DNA of 64,000 nucleotides, from assembly GCA_038216155.1 (NCBI GenBank), contig JBBQQH010000002.1, positions 108 through 64,107 on the forward strand, read 5' to 3'. Shown in pieces: positions 47,823 to 57,924 of this stretch (positions are counted from its first letter, which is position 1; the number at the start of each line of letters is the position of its first letter). The notes under the pieces are model-generated. The model was not told where the DNA came from. It was given only the letters and a program-made list of their open reading frames with translations, and ran no database searches. Source of the DNA: Lysobacterales bacterium (lineage in GTDB: Bacteria; Pseudomonadota; Gammaproteobacteria; Xanthomonadales; Xanthomonadaceae). The translations under genes and the position numbers were made by a program.

Positions 47823-47929
47823 TGGTGCCCTATGAAGTGAGTCCCGGAAATTGGCGTGCGCAACGGGCAGCTTATCTCGTTCTTACGAGTGGACGCCTTA
47901 GCTCGGAAGTGGACTACCAAGCCGACTGC

Positions 47930-48841
47930 TCACGAGTCCGCAGCACTGAGCTTGAACGCCTTCTCCAGCCGCACAAACAACCGCTTCAATTCCCCCGACA
48001 TCAACGCAAAACGTGCATCGAGTTCGGCGTGCAGGGAATCGCGTTCGGTGTTTTCGAGTTGATCGACGGCGCCGCCGAGGAATTTGAGTTTGCGCACGAT
48101 CAGGTCTTCGCCGAGCACGAAGCTCATGTGATCGTCGAAGCTCAGCGCCAGGCGCGTGCATTGCTTGCCGGATTCGAGGTGCTTCGCGATTTCCTCGCCG
48201 TCGAGCTCCTGGCGCTGGCACTTCACCACCGCGCCGCGATCCATCGCGTCGCGCAGCTCGCATTCATCGCCGACAGCGAGATCCTTGGGCAATTTTTCGC
48301 CGGCAATCCATTCGGTCAGCACGCCGCGCGGGCTGCTTTGTGGGTTAAGAGGCAGTGCCGGAAAACTGCCAAGTGCACGCCGCACTTCCGACACGACCGC
48401 TTCGGCGGCTTTGCGCGATGAGGTGTCGACGGCGATGAAGCCGTGTTGCAGATCCAGATAGGCATCGGTGCGTTGCGGGCGCACGAACGCGCGTGGCAGC
48501 AGTTCGTGAATGATGTCGTCCTTGAGCCGCTTGCGCGCACGACCGCCGAGCTTGCGCGCCTCGTCGCGCTCGATCGCTTCGATCTTCTTGCCGACTTCCT
48601 CGTTGACGACTGCGGCGGGCAGCAAACGATCCTCGCCGCCGACCGTTAACCACACACAGTCGCTTACGCGATGCGACAGCGCCGGTTGATCGCGCCCGAA
48701 CGGCGAGACAAATCCGCGCGAGAACAATTCCAACGGACCGACCGGCTTGAGCGCGGCATCGGCGAGCAACGCGTCGGGTTCGGCAAGCGTGCTCGCAAGC
48801 GAGATCGGGAAACGGAAAAAAGTCAGGTTTCGGAAGAACAT
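47930..48841 (-). CDS. rdgC: recombination-associated protein RdgC
   Basis: The ATG at 48841 gives MFFRNLTFFRF, the canonical RdgC start. The protein is about 303 aa with conserved RdgC layout. Confidence 0.88.
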   Translation of the reverse strand: MFFRNLTFFRFPISLASTLAEPDALLADAALKPVGPLELFSRGFVSPFGRDQPALSHRVSDCVWLTVGGEDRLLPAAVVNEEVGKKIEAIERDEARKLGGRARKRLKDDIIHELLPRAFVRPQRTDAYLDLQHGFIAVDTSSRKAAEAVVSEVRRALGSFPALPLNPQSSPRGVLTEWIAGEKLPKDLAVGDECELRDAMDRGAVVKCQRQELDGEEIAKHLESGKQCTRLALSFDDHMSFVLGEDLIVRKLKFLGGAVDQLENTERDSLHAELDARFALMSGELKRLFVRLEKAFKLSAADS

Positions 48842-49041
48842 CAAGACTCCAATGGATGGCAACGCGGGCGCAGCGACGGTGCGTGCCGTCGCTACGCGGA
48901 AGCCGCGTGTTTGTCAGGGAATGCAGAGGTTGATGGCCGGCAACAGGGTGCGGCCATGGCGTCAGTTTACCTGTGTCGCCGCGCGTCCGGCGCGTGTAAG
49001 CTGGACGTTCGCACGCGCAATCGCCGTGCCGGCATGACGCA

Positions 49042-49248
49042 ATGGACTCCAGGGATCCGGCCCAACTCATGCATCAACTGACCCAGTTGCGGATCGAACA
49101 CCGCGACCTCGACGCTGCGATCGATCGGCTGGCCGCCGACATCCAGGCCGACGAACTGGCGATCAAGCGCCTGAAGAAGCGCAAGTTGTTGATCAAGGAT
49201 TCGATTTCGCGACTGGAAAGCCGGCTGATTCCCGACCTGGACGCCTGA
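49042..49248 (+). CDS. DUF465 (YdcH-like) small coiled-coil protein
   Basis: 68-aa ORF. L..LR.EHRDLD..I..L......DE..IKRLKK.KL..KD.I..LE is the typical DUF465 pattern. Confidence 0.7.
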   Translation: MDSRDPAQLMHQLTQLRIEHRDLDAAIDRLAADIQADELAIKRLKKRKLLIKDSISRLESRLIPDLDA

Positions 49249-49341
49249 ATTCGTCCAAACGACTCGCGTAGCGTCCGTTGTGCGCACGTCGTAGAAGGCG
49301 ATCGTGCGCATAGCGCACGCTACATCGGAACCCTGGCAACC

Positions 49342-51897
49342 TCAATCGTCCTTCGGCGGCTCCGGCGTTGGTTCCGGCGCTGCAGATGCTGCGGCGATGA
49401 CTGCGGTTTCCGGGGTGATCTTCAGGATCGTGTGGCGAAGTTCGCGGCCGAGGATCAGCTTGGCATCGCGCGCCCATCCATCCAGGCGATCGTCGAAGTC
49501 GAGCTTGCCGTTTGCGGCGACCTTCACCAGTTCGAGTTCACGCAGCTTTTGAATGAAGCCGCGAAACAACGCGCGATCGAAAAACTCTGGCGCGGCCGGC
49601 GCGTAAAGCAGCGACAGTCGCTGCGCGCTCATTTGGCACAATGTTTCCAGCTCGCCGGCCGACAGCGTTTGCGGGCCGTTTTTGACCAACACCGCGATCG
49701 CGATGAAGTAGCGCTCGAACGCCTGCTGCAAGCTATGGGCAAGCGAGCGCAGGCGGAACACTTCGTCGGTCTGGCCGGGGCCACGATGGATCACGCCGGA
49801 CTCGGCGTTGAACTTGAGCAAGCCTTCGGCCACGAACACGTCGATCGTGGCATCCAGCCGCTGCCCGAACTCGTCCTCGCTCCACGGCAGGAACAATTCC
49901 TTCTGCAAAAACGGAAACAGTGCGCGACCCAGTTGCAGCACTCCGGTGCGCGTCATCCGCCGATTGTTCTGGAAACAGCACGCGATCCACGCGCAGGCGA
50001 CGAACAGGTGCAGCACATTGTTCCGGTAGTACGTCTGCAACACCGCGGTCGCTTCGTCCATCCACAACACGTCGCCGAGCGCGTGGGGTGTGCGCTGCAG
50101 GATGCCGATGGTTTCGCCGTAGGCAATGATCGCGGCTGGATCGAGCGCGGTGACGGTGACGCGATCCGAATACGGCACCGCAGCAAGCAATCGTTTGTAC
50201 AACGCCAGCAAGTCGATCAGGTCGGATTCGGACATCGCCCGCTTGGGCGTGGACAGGATGCTGAGCGCCAGCAAATTGACCGGATTGACGTCGGCGGCGC
50301 GATTGACGTTGATCTGGATGCGATTGGCGAGATCGTCGGTGGCCTGACTTAACCACTTCGGGCGCTCATCCTCGCTGATGCTCTGCTCGCGCCAATCGGG
50401 GGCGTGCTGATGCAGCACGTCGTCGAGAAGCACCGGCTCGCCGAAACTCACCGCGACCTTGCCGTAGCGCTTGCGCAGCACGCCGATCGCCCCGCGCAGA
50501 AGCGCCCAGGTGGTTTCCTTCTCTTTGGTCTGGCCGGACAGCTCGTCGAGGTAGCTGCCACCTTCCATCACTTTTTCGTAGCCGATGTACACCGGCTGGA
50601 ACACGATCGGCCTGCGCGGCTGGCGCAGGAATCCTTGCACTGTCATCGCCAGCATGCCCGACTTTGGCTGCATCAAGCGACCGGTGCGCGAACGTCCGCC
50701 TTCGATGAAATATTCCAGCGAAAACCCTTCGGCCACCAGCAACGCCACGTATTCGCTGAGCACGGTCGAATACAGTTTGCTGCCGCGCATGCTGCGGCGG
50801 ATGAAAAAGGCGCCACCCTTGCGCAGCAACGGCCCGATCAGCGGCATATTGAGATTGACGCCGGCAACGATATGCGGCGGCACGATGCCATGCGTGTACA
50901 GCAGGTACGACAACAGCAAGTAGTCGATGTGGCTACGGTGCGAGGGCACGTAGACGACCTCGTGCCCGGGCGCGATGTCCTTGAGGGTGTCGAGGTGATG
51001 CATCTGCACGCCGTCGTACAGTCGGTTCCAGAACGGCTTGAGCAAGAACGACAGCGAGCGCACCACCGAGTGCGAATAGTCGGCGGCGATTTCCCAGGCG
51101 ATGGCGTGCGCCTTGCCCCAGGCCTCGTCCATCTTGCTGTTGTCGCGCCGGGCCTGGTCTAGAATGGCCTGGCGTACCGGATCGGATTCCAGCACGCGAT
51201 CGACCAGCAACCGTCGGTGCGACAGATCTGGCCCGATCACTGCCGCGCGGATGCGCCCGAAGTGCACGCGCAGCACGCGAGCGAGTTTGCGCACGCTGCG
51301 TTCGGGGGTGAGGTCCTCGGCCAGCGTGGCGCCCAGCTCGATCGGCGTAGCCAGCCGAACGATGGTGTTGCGGCCATTGAGCAAGATCGCCAGCAACCGT
51401 CGGAAGCGACCGACCAATGCCCAGTTTTCCGAAAACAATACCGAGAACCAGCCCGACTGTCGGTCTGGTGCGCGACCGACGAAGATCGACACCGGCAGCA
51501 GGCGCACGCCGAACTCCGGACGCGCGCGCTGCACATCAACCAGCTTGGCCAAGCCATCGGAATGCGTGCGCGCCTTTGGCCGGCCGAACCAGGCGCCACG
51601 ACGGCGTGAGAGTGCGATGTAGGCGCGCTTGCGGCCGAGCGGATCGCCGGGCAGCGGCAGCAACGGCGAGGGCAGGCCGGCTTCGCGACACACCCGTTCC
51701 AGGATCAGGGCGTTGGACAGCCCGTAGTGTTCCAGCACATAGCAGATCGGTCGGCCGTCCGCCGCCAGTTCGGCGAGTGGCTGGTCGGATTCAACCCGAG
51801 GAGCGATCCATGGCCGCAGCATCCAGCCAAACAGGCGCGCCCACAGCGGAGGAGGCGGGCGAGGTTGCAAGGTGGCGGAGGCTTGCGATTCCATCAT
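49342..51897 (-). CDS. plsB: glycerol-3-phosphate 1-O-acyltransferase
   Basis: It has the acyltransferase HxxxxD motif (VPSHRSHIDYLLLSY), GGAFFIRR and IEGGRSRTGR blocks, and is about 850 aa. I prefer the ATG pair at 51897/51894 to the track's GTG at 51915. Confidence 0.9.
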   Translation of the reverse strand: MMESQASATLQPRPPPPLWARLFGWMLRPWIAPRVESDQPLAELAADGRPICYVLEHYGLSNALILERVCREAGLPSPLLPLPGDPLGRKRAYIALSRRRGAWFGRPKARTHSDGLAKLVDVQRARPEFGVRLLPVSIFVGRAPDRQSGWFSVLFSENWALVGRFRRLLAILLNGRNTIVRLATPIELGATLAEDLTPERSVRKLARVLRVHFGRIRAAVIGPDLSHRRLLVDRVLESDPVRQAILDQARRDNSKMDEAWGKAHAIAWEIAADYSHSVVRSLSFLLKPFWNRLYDGVQMHHLDTLKDIAPGHEVVYVPSHRSHIDYLLLSYLLYTHGIVPPHIVAGVNLNMPLIGPLLRKGGAFFIRRSMRGSKLYSTVLSEYVALLVAEGFSLEYFIEGGRSRTGRLMQPKSGMLAMTVQGFLRQPRRPIVFQPVYIGYEKVMEGGSYLDELSGQTKEKETTWALLRGAIGVLRKRYGKVAVSFGEPVLLDDVLHQHAPDWREQSISEDERPKWLSQATDDLANRIQINVNRAADVNPVNLLALSILSTPKRAMSESDLIDLLALYKRLLAAVPYSDRVTVTALDPAAIIAYGETIGILQRTPHALGDVLWMDEATAVLQTYYRNNVLHLFVACAWIACCFQNNRRMTRTGVLQLGRALFPFLQKELFLPWSEDEFGQRLDATIDVFVAEGLLKFNAESGVIHRGPGQTDEVFRLRSLAHSLQQAFERYFIAIAVLVKNGPQTLSAGELETLCQMSAQRLSLLYAPAAPEFFDRALFRGFIQKLRELELVKVAANGKLDFDDRLDGWARDAKLILGRELRHTILKITPETAVIAAASAAPEPTPEPPKDD

Positions 51898-51955
51898 CAG
51901 GGCCGAGCGGAGCACCGGAGTGCGCCGCTCGGCTCAACGCGTTGCATCGATGCGA

Positions 51956-52987
51956 TCAGTTGCCTTGCTGCTTGTCGCCGCTGTCGTCGGCATTGGCCGG
52001 CGGCGTGGACATGTTGTCTTGCGCGCCTTGATCGGACGGGATCTCCTGCGGCGGCTCGCCGCTCGACATATCCGGTGCGCTGCCGTCGGTGGGCATCGCG
52101 TCGGGCGTCATCGTGTCCGACGTCATTGCGGGCGGAGCGACTTCAGCCGGCTTGGCCAACTGATCTTCGATATTCTTGACCGCGTCGGCGCTGTACCAGC
52201 GACCGTCGCGCTTGACCATGTTCACGTCATAGGTGATCGGCGTGTCCATCAGCGTGTAAGTCACCTTGACCACGGCGTTGTCACCGGTCTCGGAGACCTT
52301 GGTGGCGTCGAAGCTCGCTAGCGCCTTGTCGGTGTCGAAACCGTACACGCCCAGCGCCTTGCGCATGGCGCCGAGGGCGATGCCCATCTTTTGCGCTGCC
52401 TGCGGCAGGGTGAGCGCGCGCGCTTCCTCCAGCGTGTTCAGCTTCAAATCACGCGCACCAGTGACCACGACCTTGATCGCTTCCTTGGCCTTGTCCGGAT
52501 TGGAAAATGGTGCCGTGGTCGCCCACTTGGTGATCGCGGTCAGCAGCGCTGAGGCCTGCGTCTTTTCTGCGGCGCTCATGGTGGTGCTGGACTGGATACC
52601 TTGTCCGGCCATGCCTGCAACCATCGGCACCATCATCTTGGCTTGCGGTTCGATCTGCGCCAGCTTTGGCTGGATTTCCGCGAACAATTTGTCCTCGGCA
52701 TCCGCCGCAGTCATTTTGGTCATCTGATCGGTGAACTGCTTCTGCTCCTCGGCGGTAGGTGCCGGACGCTTGGCTGCTTCGTCCTTGTACTTGGCGTCGA
52801 GCTTGGCGTAAAGATCAGGCGGAACAATGATGTGGCTCAGGCGATCGTAATCGTTGGCGCGGATCGCTGCGGCGATGTCTTTGGTGGCGGTCACCGGGTC
52901 CTTGGCGGCTTCGTTCGAATTTCCCTTGCAGCCGGCGAGCAGCAGCAAGGTGAGGCCAGCGGTCGCCAGCAGGTTGGTGCGTTTCAT
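51956..52987 (-). CDS. hypothetical lipoprotein with acidic low-complexity C-terminus
   Basis: The ATG at 52987 gives MKRTNLLATAGLTLLLLAGC, a lipobox. The upstream 106 codons of the track ORF lack coding character. Confidence 0.65.
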   Translation of the reverse strand: MKRTNLLATAGLTLLLLAGCKGNSNEAAKDPVTATKDIAAAIRANDYDRLSHIIVPPDLYAKLDAKYKDEAAKRPAPTAEEQKQFTDQMTKMTAADAEDKLFAEIQPKLAQIEPQAKMMVPMVAGMAGQGIQSSTTMSAAEKTQASALLTAITKWATTAPFSNPDKAKEAIKVVVTGARDLKLNTLEEARALTLPQAAQKMGIALGAMRKALGVYGFDTDKALASFDATKVSETGDNAVVKVTYTLMDTPITYDVNMVKRDGRWYSADAVKNIEDQLAKPAEVAPPAMTSDTMTPDAMPTDGSAPDMSSGEPPQEIPSDQGAQDNMSTPPANADDSGDKQQGN

Positions 52988-53162
52988 GGAGTACTCCAGT
53001 TCAGGAACGTGCAATGTAGTGGTTGCGCGGTGTCGAAACAACAATCGCGACGCCGCAGCGGCGAAGATCGCGGCGCTGCCGATGGGTCGGCACAACGCGG
53101 CTATCACTCCGGACAAACGCATTGCAGCAGGCGGGTCGGTCATTTCGCCGCGTGCGCAACCT

Positions 53163-54110
53163 TCAGCGCGTACGCAGGACCTCAATGATCGCGCGTCGAC
53201 GCGCTTGTACCGGTTGCTGGTAGTCGTTGTTGAACAGCGCCGGCGCCCAGGAGCCATAGGTCGGGTTGGGCAGCAAAAACCAGCGCTCGCCGACCCAGCC
53301 GTCAAACGGTTTCATCGCTGCTGCGCGACCTTCAATCGTATTGGTCGAAATAGTTGCAAAATCGCCGATCTGGTCGCCAAGTTGCATCAACACCCTGTAT
53401 CTGCGGCCAATGAACTGACGGCGACAGGTCTTGTCGGAGCCGATCTGTTCGCATCCTGGCACGAACTCGCCCAAGCCGAGGAACACCTGTGCATTGGCGA
53501 TTGGAAATCCCAGTTTGCGCAGGTTGGCCAGGGTCGCGGCCGACTGATCGGCGGTGCGGTTGGACAGGTAAAACACGGTGATGCCTTTTGTCGTCGCCGC
53601 CTTGGCGAACGCCAGCGCGCCTGGAATCGCCTGCGCGGCCTCTTCGTGAACCCAATCGTTCCAGGTGGCGTCGTCGTATTCGCGTCCGTCGCGAATCAGG
53701 CGCGCTTGATACGGCGAGTTGTCGAGCGTGGTTTCGTCCACGTCCAGGATCACCGCTGGCGACAGCTCGCGCGCGGAATTGATCCGTTCGTCCGGCGGCA
53801 GGGCGTCCCAGTTGCGATCGTGCAGCGCTGTGTCGAGCCGGTCGGTCGCGTCGCGAAAGGCCTGCTCGGACAGCAGGCGCGCTTCCATCGAGGTTTGCTG
53901 CCAGGCGACGGCGTTGAGCAAATCGTTAGGTGCCGCACCCAGCTCCGTCTTGTCAGTTGCCGAATTCGGTGCGGTGGTCGATGCAGAGGCCGCGCGCACG
54001 GCAGGTGCGGCTATGGGGCCTGCCTCAGCTTCGGCCAGCGGCCGCTGGGTAGCGCAACCTGAGAGGATCAAGGCAAGTGTTGCGGATAACAGGGTCGCGG
54101 AAATTCGCAT
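53163..54110 (-). CDS. class B/e(P4)-type acid phosphatase lipoprotein (HAD superfamily)
   Basis: The ATG at 54110 gives MRISATLLSATLALILSGC, a lipobox. It has the HAD motif I DVDETTLDN and a later FYLSNR block. Confidence 0.78.
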   Translation of the reverse strand: MRISATLLSATLALILSGCATQRPLAEAEAGPIAAPAVRAASASTTAPNSATDKTELGAAPNDLLNAVAWQQTSMEARLLSEQAFRDATDRLDTALHDRNWDALPPDERINSARELSPAVILDVDETTLDNSPYQARLIRDGREYDDATWNDWVHEEAAQAIPGALAFAKAATTKGITVFYLSNRTADQSAATLANLRKLGFPIANAQVFLGLGEFVPGCEQIGSDKTCRRQFIGRRYRVLMQLGDQIGDFATISTNTIEGRAAAMKPFDGWVGERWFLLPNPTYGSWAPALFNNDYQQPVQARRRAIIEVLRTR

Positions 54111-54169
54111 GGGGGACACGTTTATAAGTAGGGCGTGGATGGTAACGCAGCACAATGACGGCTTTATGG

Positions 54170-56197
54170 TCAGTCGCCCAGCAGCGCCGCAATCGCATCG
54201 AACTGTGCTCGCGACCGCTGCTGGCGGTGCTCGGCATCGCGCGCGGGGTCGTTGCCGTCGCGGTGCAGGTCGGCGGCGGGCAGCTCATCCAGGAACCGGC
54301 TCGGCCGACGCTGTTCAATCGATCCCCAACGCTTGATCTCGCGACTGTGCGATAGCCACAACGATTCCTTCGCACGGGTGATGCCGACGTACAGCAGCCG
54401 GCGCTCCTCCTCCAGCCGCCCTTCCTCGATGCTGGCCTCGTGCGGCAGCGTGCCGTCCTCGCAGCCGACGATGAACACGTAACGAAACTCCAGCCCTTTT
54501 GCCGCATGCAAACTCATCAGCCGCACCGCATTGCCCGGTTCACCGCGATCGGCATGCGACAGCAGGGCTAGCTGTGCGGCGAGCGCTCCGTTGCCCGACG
54601 CACGGTCGTCGAACCAGCCGGCCAGTTCGTCCAGATGCGCTTTGCGACGGGCGAAGCTGGCCTCGTCCTTGCACCCGCGACGCAGCATCGCCAACAGCCC
54701 GCTGGTCTCAGCGGTGTTGCGGCAGACGGTTGCCGGCGATTCGCGTTCAGCGTCGCGATGTAGCCGTTGCAGGATCGCATTGAACTCGCCCAGTCCAGCC
54801 GCCGCGCGGGCTGGCAGTTGCTGCAGCAGCTGCGGTTGCAGCGACGCGCGCGCCAGCGACAGGCGCGCGTGCTGCGCCAGCTCCGCCAGCCGCGCGAGTG
54901 AGGTCGAGCCCACTTCGCGGCGCGGCGCGGCGATGGCGCGCAGGAATGCGGCGTCGTCTTCGGGATTGGCCAACACCCGCAGCCACGCCAGCAGATCTTT
55001 CACTTCGCCGCGATCAAGAAACGCGGTGCCGCCGGTCAGGTGGTAGGTGATGCGATGCAATTGCAGCGCTTTTTCCAGCGCCCGTGATTGATGATTGCCG
55101 CGAAACAGCACGGCGAAATCGGATGGCTGCACGTCGCGCGATGCATCCAGCGGTCGGCCATCCAGCGTTGTCGGCTGACGGCTGGCGGCGTCCAGCAGGA
55201 ATGCAATTTCTCCGGCCACGCGCTGCGCTTCGGCTTCGGCGTCCTTGCAGGCCCAAATGCGCACCGGCGCACCGTCGTCGTGCGTGCTCCACAGCTTTTT
55301 GACGTGCGCGTGCGGATTGCGCGCGATCAGCATATTTGCGCTGCGCAGGATGCGCGCGGTGCAGCGATAGTTTTGCTCCAAGGTGATCACCTTGAGTTGC
55401 GGATAGTCGACCGCGAGAGCGTCGAGATTTTCCGGATTGGCGCCGCGCCAAGCGTAGATGCTCTGGTCGTCATCGCCCACGCAAGTCAGCGCGCCGCGCG
55501 GCCCGGCCAGTTGCTTGAGCAGGCGATATTGCGCGCCGTTGGTGTCCTGGCACTCGTCCACCAGCAGGTAACGCAGGCGTTCGCGCCAAGTCGCGGCGAG
55601 CTCGGCGTCGCTCTCCAGCAGTTGCAGCGGCAGTCGGATCAAATCATCGAAATCGACCGCATTGAATGCAGCCAGTCGGCGCTGATACTGCGCATAGATC
55701 GATGCCGCCTCGACTTCGCGCGCACTGCGGGCGGCGTCGCTCGCCTGCTCCGGTGACAGCGCCTCGTTCTTGGCTCGCGAAACGAGTTGGCGCAGCGCAT
55801 CAATCGCATCGTTCTTCGCGCCGTTCGGCGCGAGATCCTTGATGATCGCCCGCGAGTCGTCACTGTCGAACACCGAAAATCCGCGACGCAATCCGGCGCG
55901 AGCATGTTCCAGATGCAGGATGCGCAAGCCCAGCGCGTGGAACGTGCAGATCGTCGGCCCGTCGGCATCGACCTTGCCACGCAGCAGCCGTCCGACGCGC
56001 TCGCGCATCTCGCGTGCTGCCTTGTTGGTGAAGGTGATCGCGGCGATCTGCGTCGGCACCATTGCGTGGCGATGGATCAGGTGCGCAATCTTCTCGGTGA
56101 TCACCCGGGTCTTGCCGCTTCCCGCGCCCGCCAGCACCAGCAGCGGCCCGTCGCAATACTCGACGGCGTCGCTTTGTGCGGGATTGAGTGTGGGCAT
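54170..56197 (-). CDS. rep: ATP-dependent DNA helicase Rep (UvrD/Rep family)
   Basis: The ATG at 56197 gives MPTLNPAQSDAV...LAGAGSGKTRV (Walker A). It has DEYQDT-like VDECQDTN and the SF1 helicase motifs through to the C-terminus, about 675 aa. Distinguishing Rep from UvrD is tentative. Confidence 0.85.
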   Translation of the reverse strand: MPTLNPAQSDAVEYCDGPLLVLAGAGSGKTRVITEKIAHLIHRHAMVPTQIAAITFTNKAAREMRERVGRLLRGKVDADGPTICTFHALGLRILHLEHARAGLRRGFSVFDSDDSRAIIKDLAPNGAKNDAIDALRQLVSRAKNEALSPEQASDAARSAREVEAASIYAQYQRRLAAFNAVDFDDLIRLPLQLLESDAELAATWRERLRYLLVDECQDTNGAQYRLLKQLAGPRGALTCVGDDDQSIYAWRGANPENLDALAVDYPQLKVITLEQNYRCTARILRSANMLIARNPHAHVKKLWSTHDDGAPVRIWACKDAEAEAQRVAGEIAFLLDAASRQPTTLDGRPLDASRDVQPSDFAVLFRGNHQSRALEKALQLHRITYHLTGGTAFLDRGEVKDLLAWLRVLANPEDDAAFLRAIAAPRREVGSTSLARLAELAQHARLSLARASLQPQLLQQLPARAAAGLGEFNAILQRLHRDAERESPATVCRNTAETSGLLAMLRRGCKDEASFARRKAHLDELAGWFDDRASGNGALAAQLALLSHADRGEPGNAVRLMSLHAAKGLEFRYVFIVGCEDGTLPHEASIEEGRLEEERRLLYVGITRAKESLWLSHSREIKRWGSIEQRRPSRFLDELPAADLHRDGNDPARDAEHRQQRSRAQFDAIAALLGD

Positions 56198-56302
56198 CGG
56201 CTGCAATGTGTTCGGGCGGCACAGTGTAGCGAGCTTGCCGGCGTCGGCTCGTGTGATTGCTATGATCGCGGCCAGTCCCGCCATCGATCCGGTGCGTCCG
56301 CC

Positions 56303-57103
56303 ATGCGTCTTGTCGCGAGCCTGTTGTTACTGTTGCTGGCCGCGCCGGCGCTCGCGCAGGACGCACCAGCGGGTGCGCCTGAATCTGCATCCGCGCCGCA
56401 GCCAGCCGCAGCCAATCCGCTGGCCGGTACCAGCGATTTTCTCGAATACCACCCCGATCTGAAATATCGCAAGAAGGGACTGGAAGCGTACGAGCGCGAC
56501 AGCTTCCCGCGAGCAGCGGCATTTTTTCGCAAAGCCGCGCGCTACGCGGACAAACCGTCGCAGGCGATGGTCGCGCAGATGCTTTGGCGCGGTGAAGGCG
56601 TGACCGTGGATCGCCCGTTGGCTTACGCGTGGATGGATCTGGCCGCCGAGCGCCGGTATCCCTCCTTCGTCGCGTTTCGCGAACACTTCTGGCAACAACT
56701 GGATGCAGCCCAGCGCCAGCAGGCGATTGAGGTCGGCAAGGCGGTGTATGCCGAATTCAGTGACGCGGTGGCCAAGCCGCGGTTTGCTGCCGCACTGGAA
56801 CGCGGACGCTCGCACACCACCGGAAGCCGCACCGGATTTGTCGGCAATCTGCAGATCATGGTTCCCGGCCCGGGCGGCGAATGGATCACGATTCCCGCCA
56901 ATCGCTATTACGCGCCGCGGTTCTGGCAGGACAAGGATTACTGGGCCTGGCAGGATCAGGTGTGGAAAGCGCCACTGCACGGGAACGTGTTGATCGGACC
57001 ATTGCAGGCGGTGCACAAGGTCGACCCAAACCGACCGCCACAGCCTACCGACACGATCGATGCGTCTAGCCCGCAACCGACGCCCGACAAGGACCAGCAC
57101 TGA
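56303..57103 (+). CDS. secreted Sel1/TPR-like repeat protein
   Basis: The ATG at 56303 gives the signal peptide MRLVASLLLLLLAAPALAQ. AARYADKPSQAMVAQMLWRGEGVTVDRPLAYAWMDLAAE resembles a Sel1 repeat. Confidence 0.55.
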   Translation: MRLVASLLLLLLAAPALAQDAPAGAPESASAPQPAAANPLAGTSDFLEYHPDLKYRKKGLEAYERDSFPRAAAFFRKAARYADKPSQAMVAQMLWRGEGVTVDRPLAYAWMDLAAERRYPSFVAFREHFWQQLDAAQRQQAIEVGKAVYAEFSDAVAKPRFAAALERGRSHTTGSRTGFVGNLQIMVPGPGGEWITIPANRYYAPRFWQDKDYWAWQDQVWKAPLHGNVLIGPLQAVHKVDPNRPPQPTDTIDASSPQPTPDKDQH

Positions 57104-57106
57104 GCC

Positions 57107-57730
57107 ATGGCCAAACTGTATTTCTACTTTTCAGCGATGAACGCGGGCAAGACCACGACCTTGCTGCAGAGCGCGCACAACTATCACGAGCGCGGCATGC
57201 GCACGTTGATCCTGACCCCGCAGCTGGACGACCGTTATGGCACCGGCGTGGTCGCATCGCGGATTGGCCTGAAGGCGCCCGCGCGCATCTTCGATAGCGA
57301 AGACGATCTGCTCGGCATCGTGCGCCACGACATCGCCACCCACGGTCCGCTGCATTGCGTGCTGCTGGACGAGGCGCAATTCCTGCGCAAGCCGCAGGCC
57401 TGGCAACTGGGTGAGATCGTCGATGTACTCGGGATTCCGGTGCTCGCCTACGGCCTGCGCACGGATTTTCGCGGCGAGTTGTTCGAGGGCAGCCAGTACC
57501 TGTTGGCCTGGGCGGACGAGTTGATCGAGATCAAGACCATCTGCCACAGCGGCCGCAAGGCGACCATGGTGGTGCGCGTGGATGCTGCCGGGCGCGCGGT
57601 GACTCAGGGGCCGCAGGTGGAGATCGGTGGCAACGAGCGTTATGTGTCGGTCTCGCGCGCGGAGTTCAAGAAGGTGATGGCCGGCGAGGGCGCGATCCCG
57701 CTGCTGCAGCAGGAATTGCCGTTGGGCTGA
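57107..57730 (+). CDS. tdk: thymidine kinase
   Basis: It has the P-loop [10 protein letters not shown] and a C-terminal zinc-ribbon-like region with a single Cys in ...[10 protein letters not shown].... The protein is 207 aa. Confidence 0.9.
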   Translation: MAKLYFYFSAMNAGKTTTLLQSAHNYHERGMRTLILTPQLDDRYGTGVVASRIGLKAPARIFDSEDDLLGIVRHDIATHGPLHCVLLDEAQFLRKPQAWQLGEIVDVLGIPVLAYGLRTDFRGELFEGSQYLLAWADELIEIKTICHSGRKATMVVRVDAAGRAVTQGPQVEIGGNERYVSVSRAEFKKVMAGEGAIPLLQQELPLG

Positions 57731-57807
57731 GACGTTTCGCGAACTGGTTCATTCGTTGCCGACGGTCGCATCCAGCAGGCGCAGAAACACCTGAAACCTC
57801 GGAGACT

Positions 57808-57890
57808 CGTCATCCCCGCGAAAGCTCGGATCCAGTGCTCTTGAAGCCATTGGAGCAAAGACGCTGGATTCCCGCTTTCGCGGGCACAAC
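57808..57890. repeat. REP/MITE-like hairpin element
   Basis: ccccgcgaaagc (57814-57825) pairs with gctttcgcggg (57874-57884). Nested inside are ggatccag / ctggattcc arms. It belongs to the same family as 41749-41878. Confidence 0.65.
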
Positions 57891-57924
57891 GAACAATAAA
57901 TAGGGCTTTAAGGTTTCCCCGCGC

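Noticed and set aside
49250-49341. Hairpins (gtgcgcatagcgcac and others) between the DUF465 gene and plsB as a bidirectional terminator
   Set aside because: The stems are short and lack flanking T/A runs. This is too weak to annotate.
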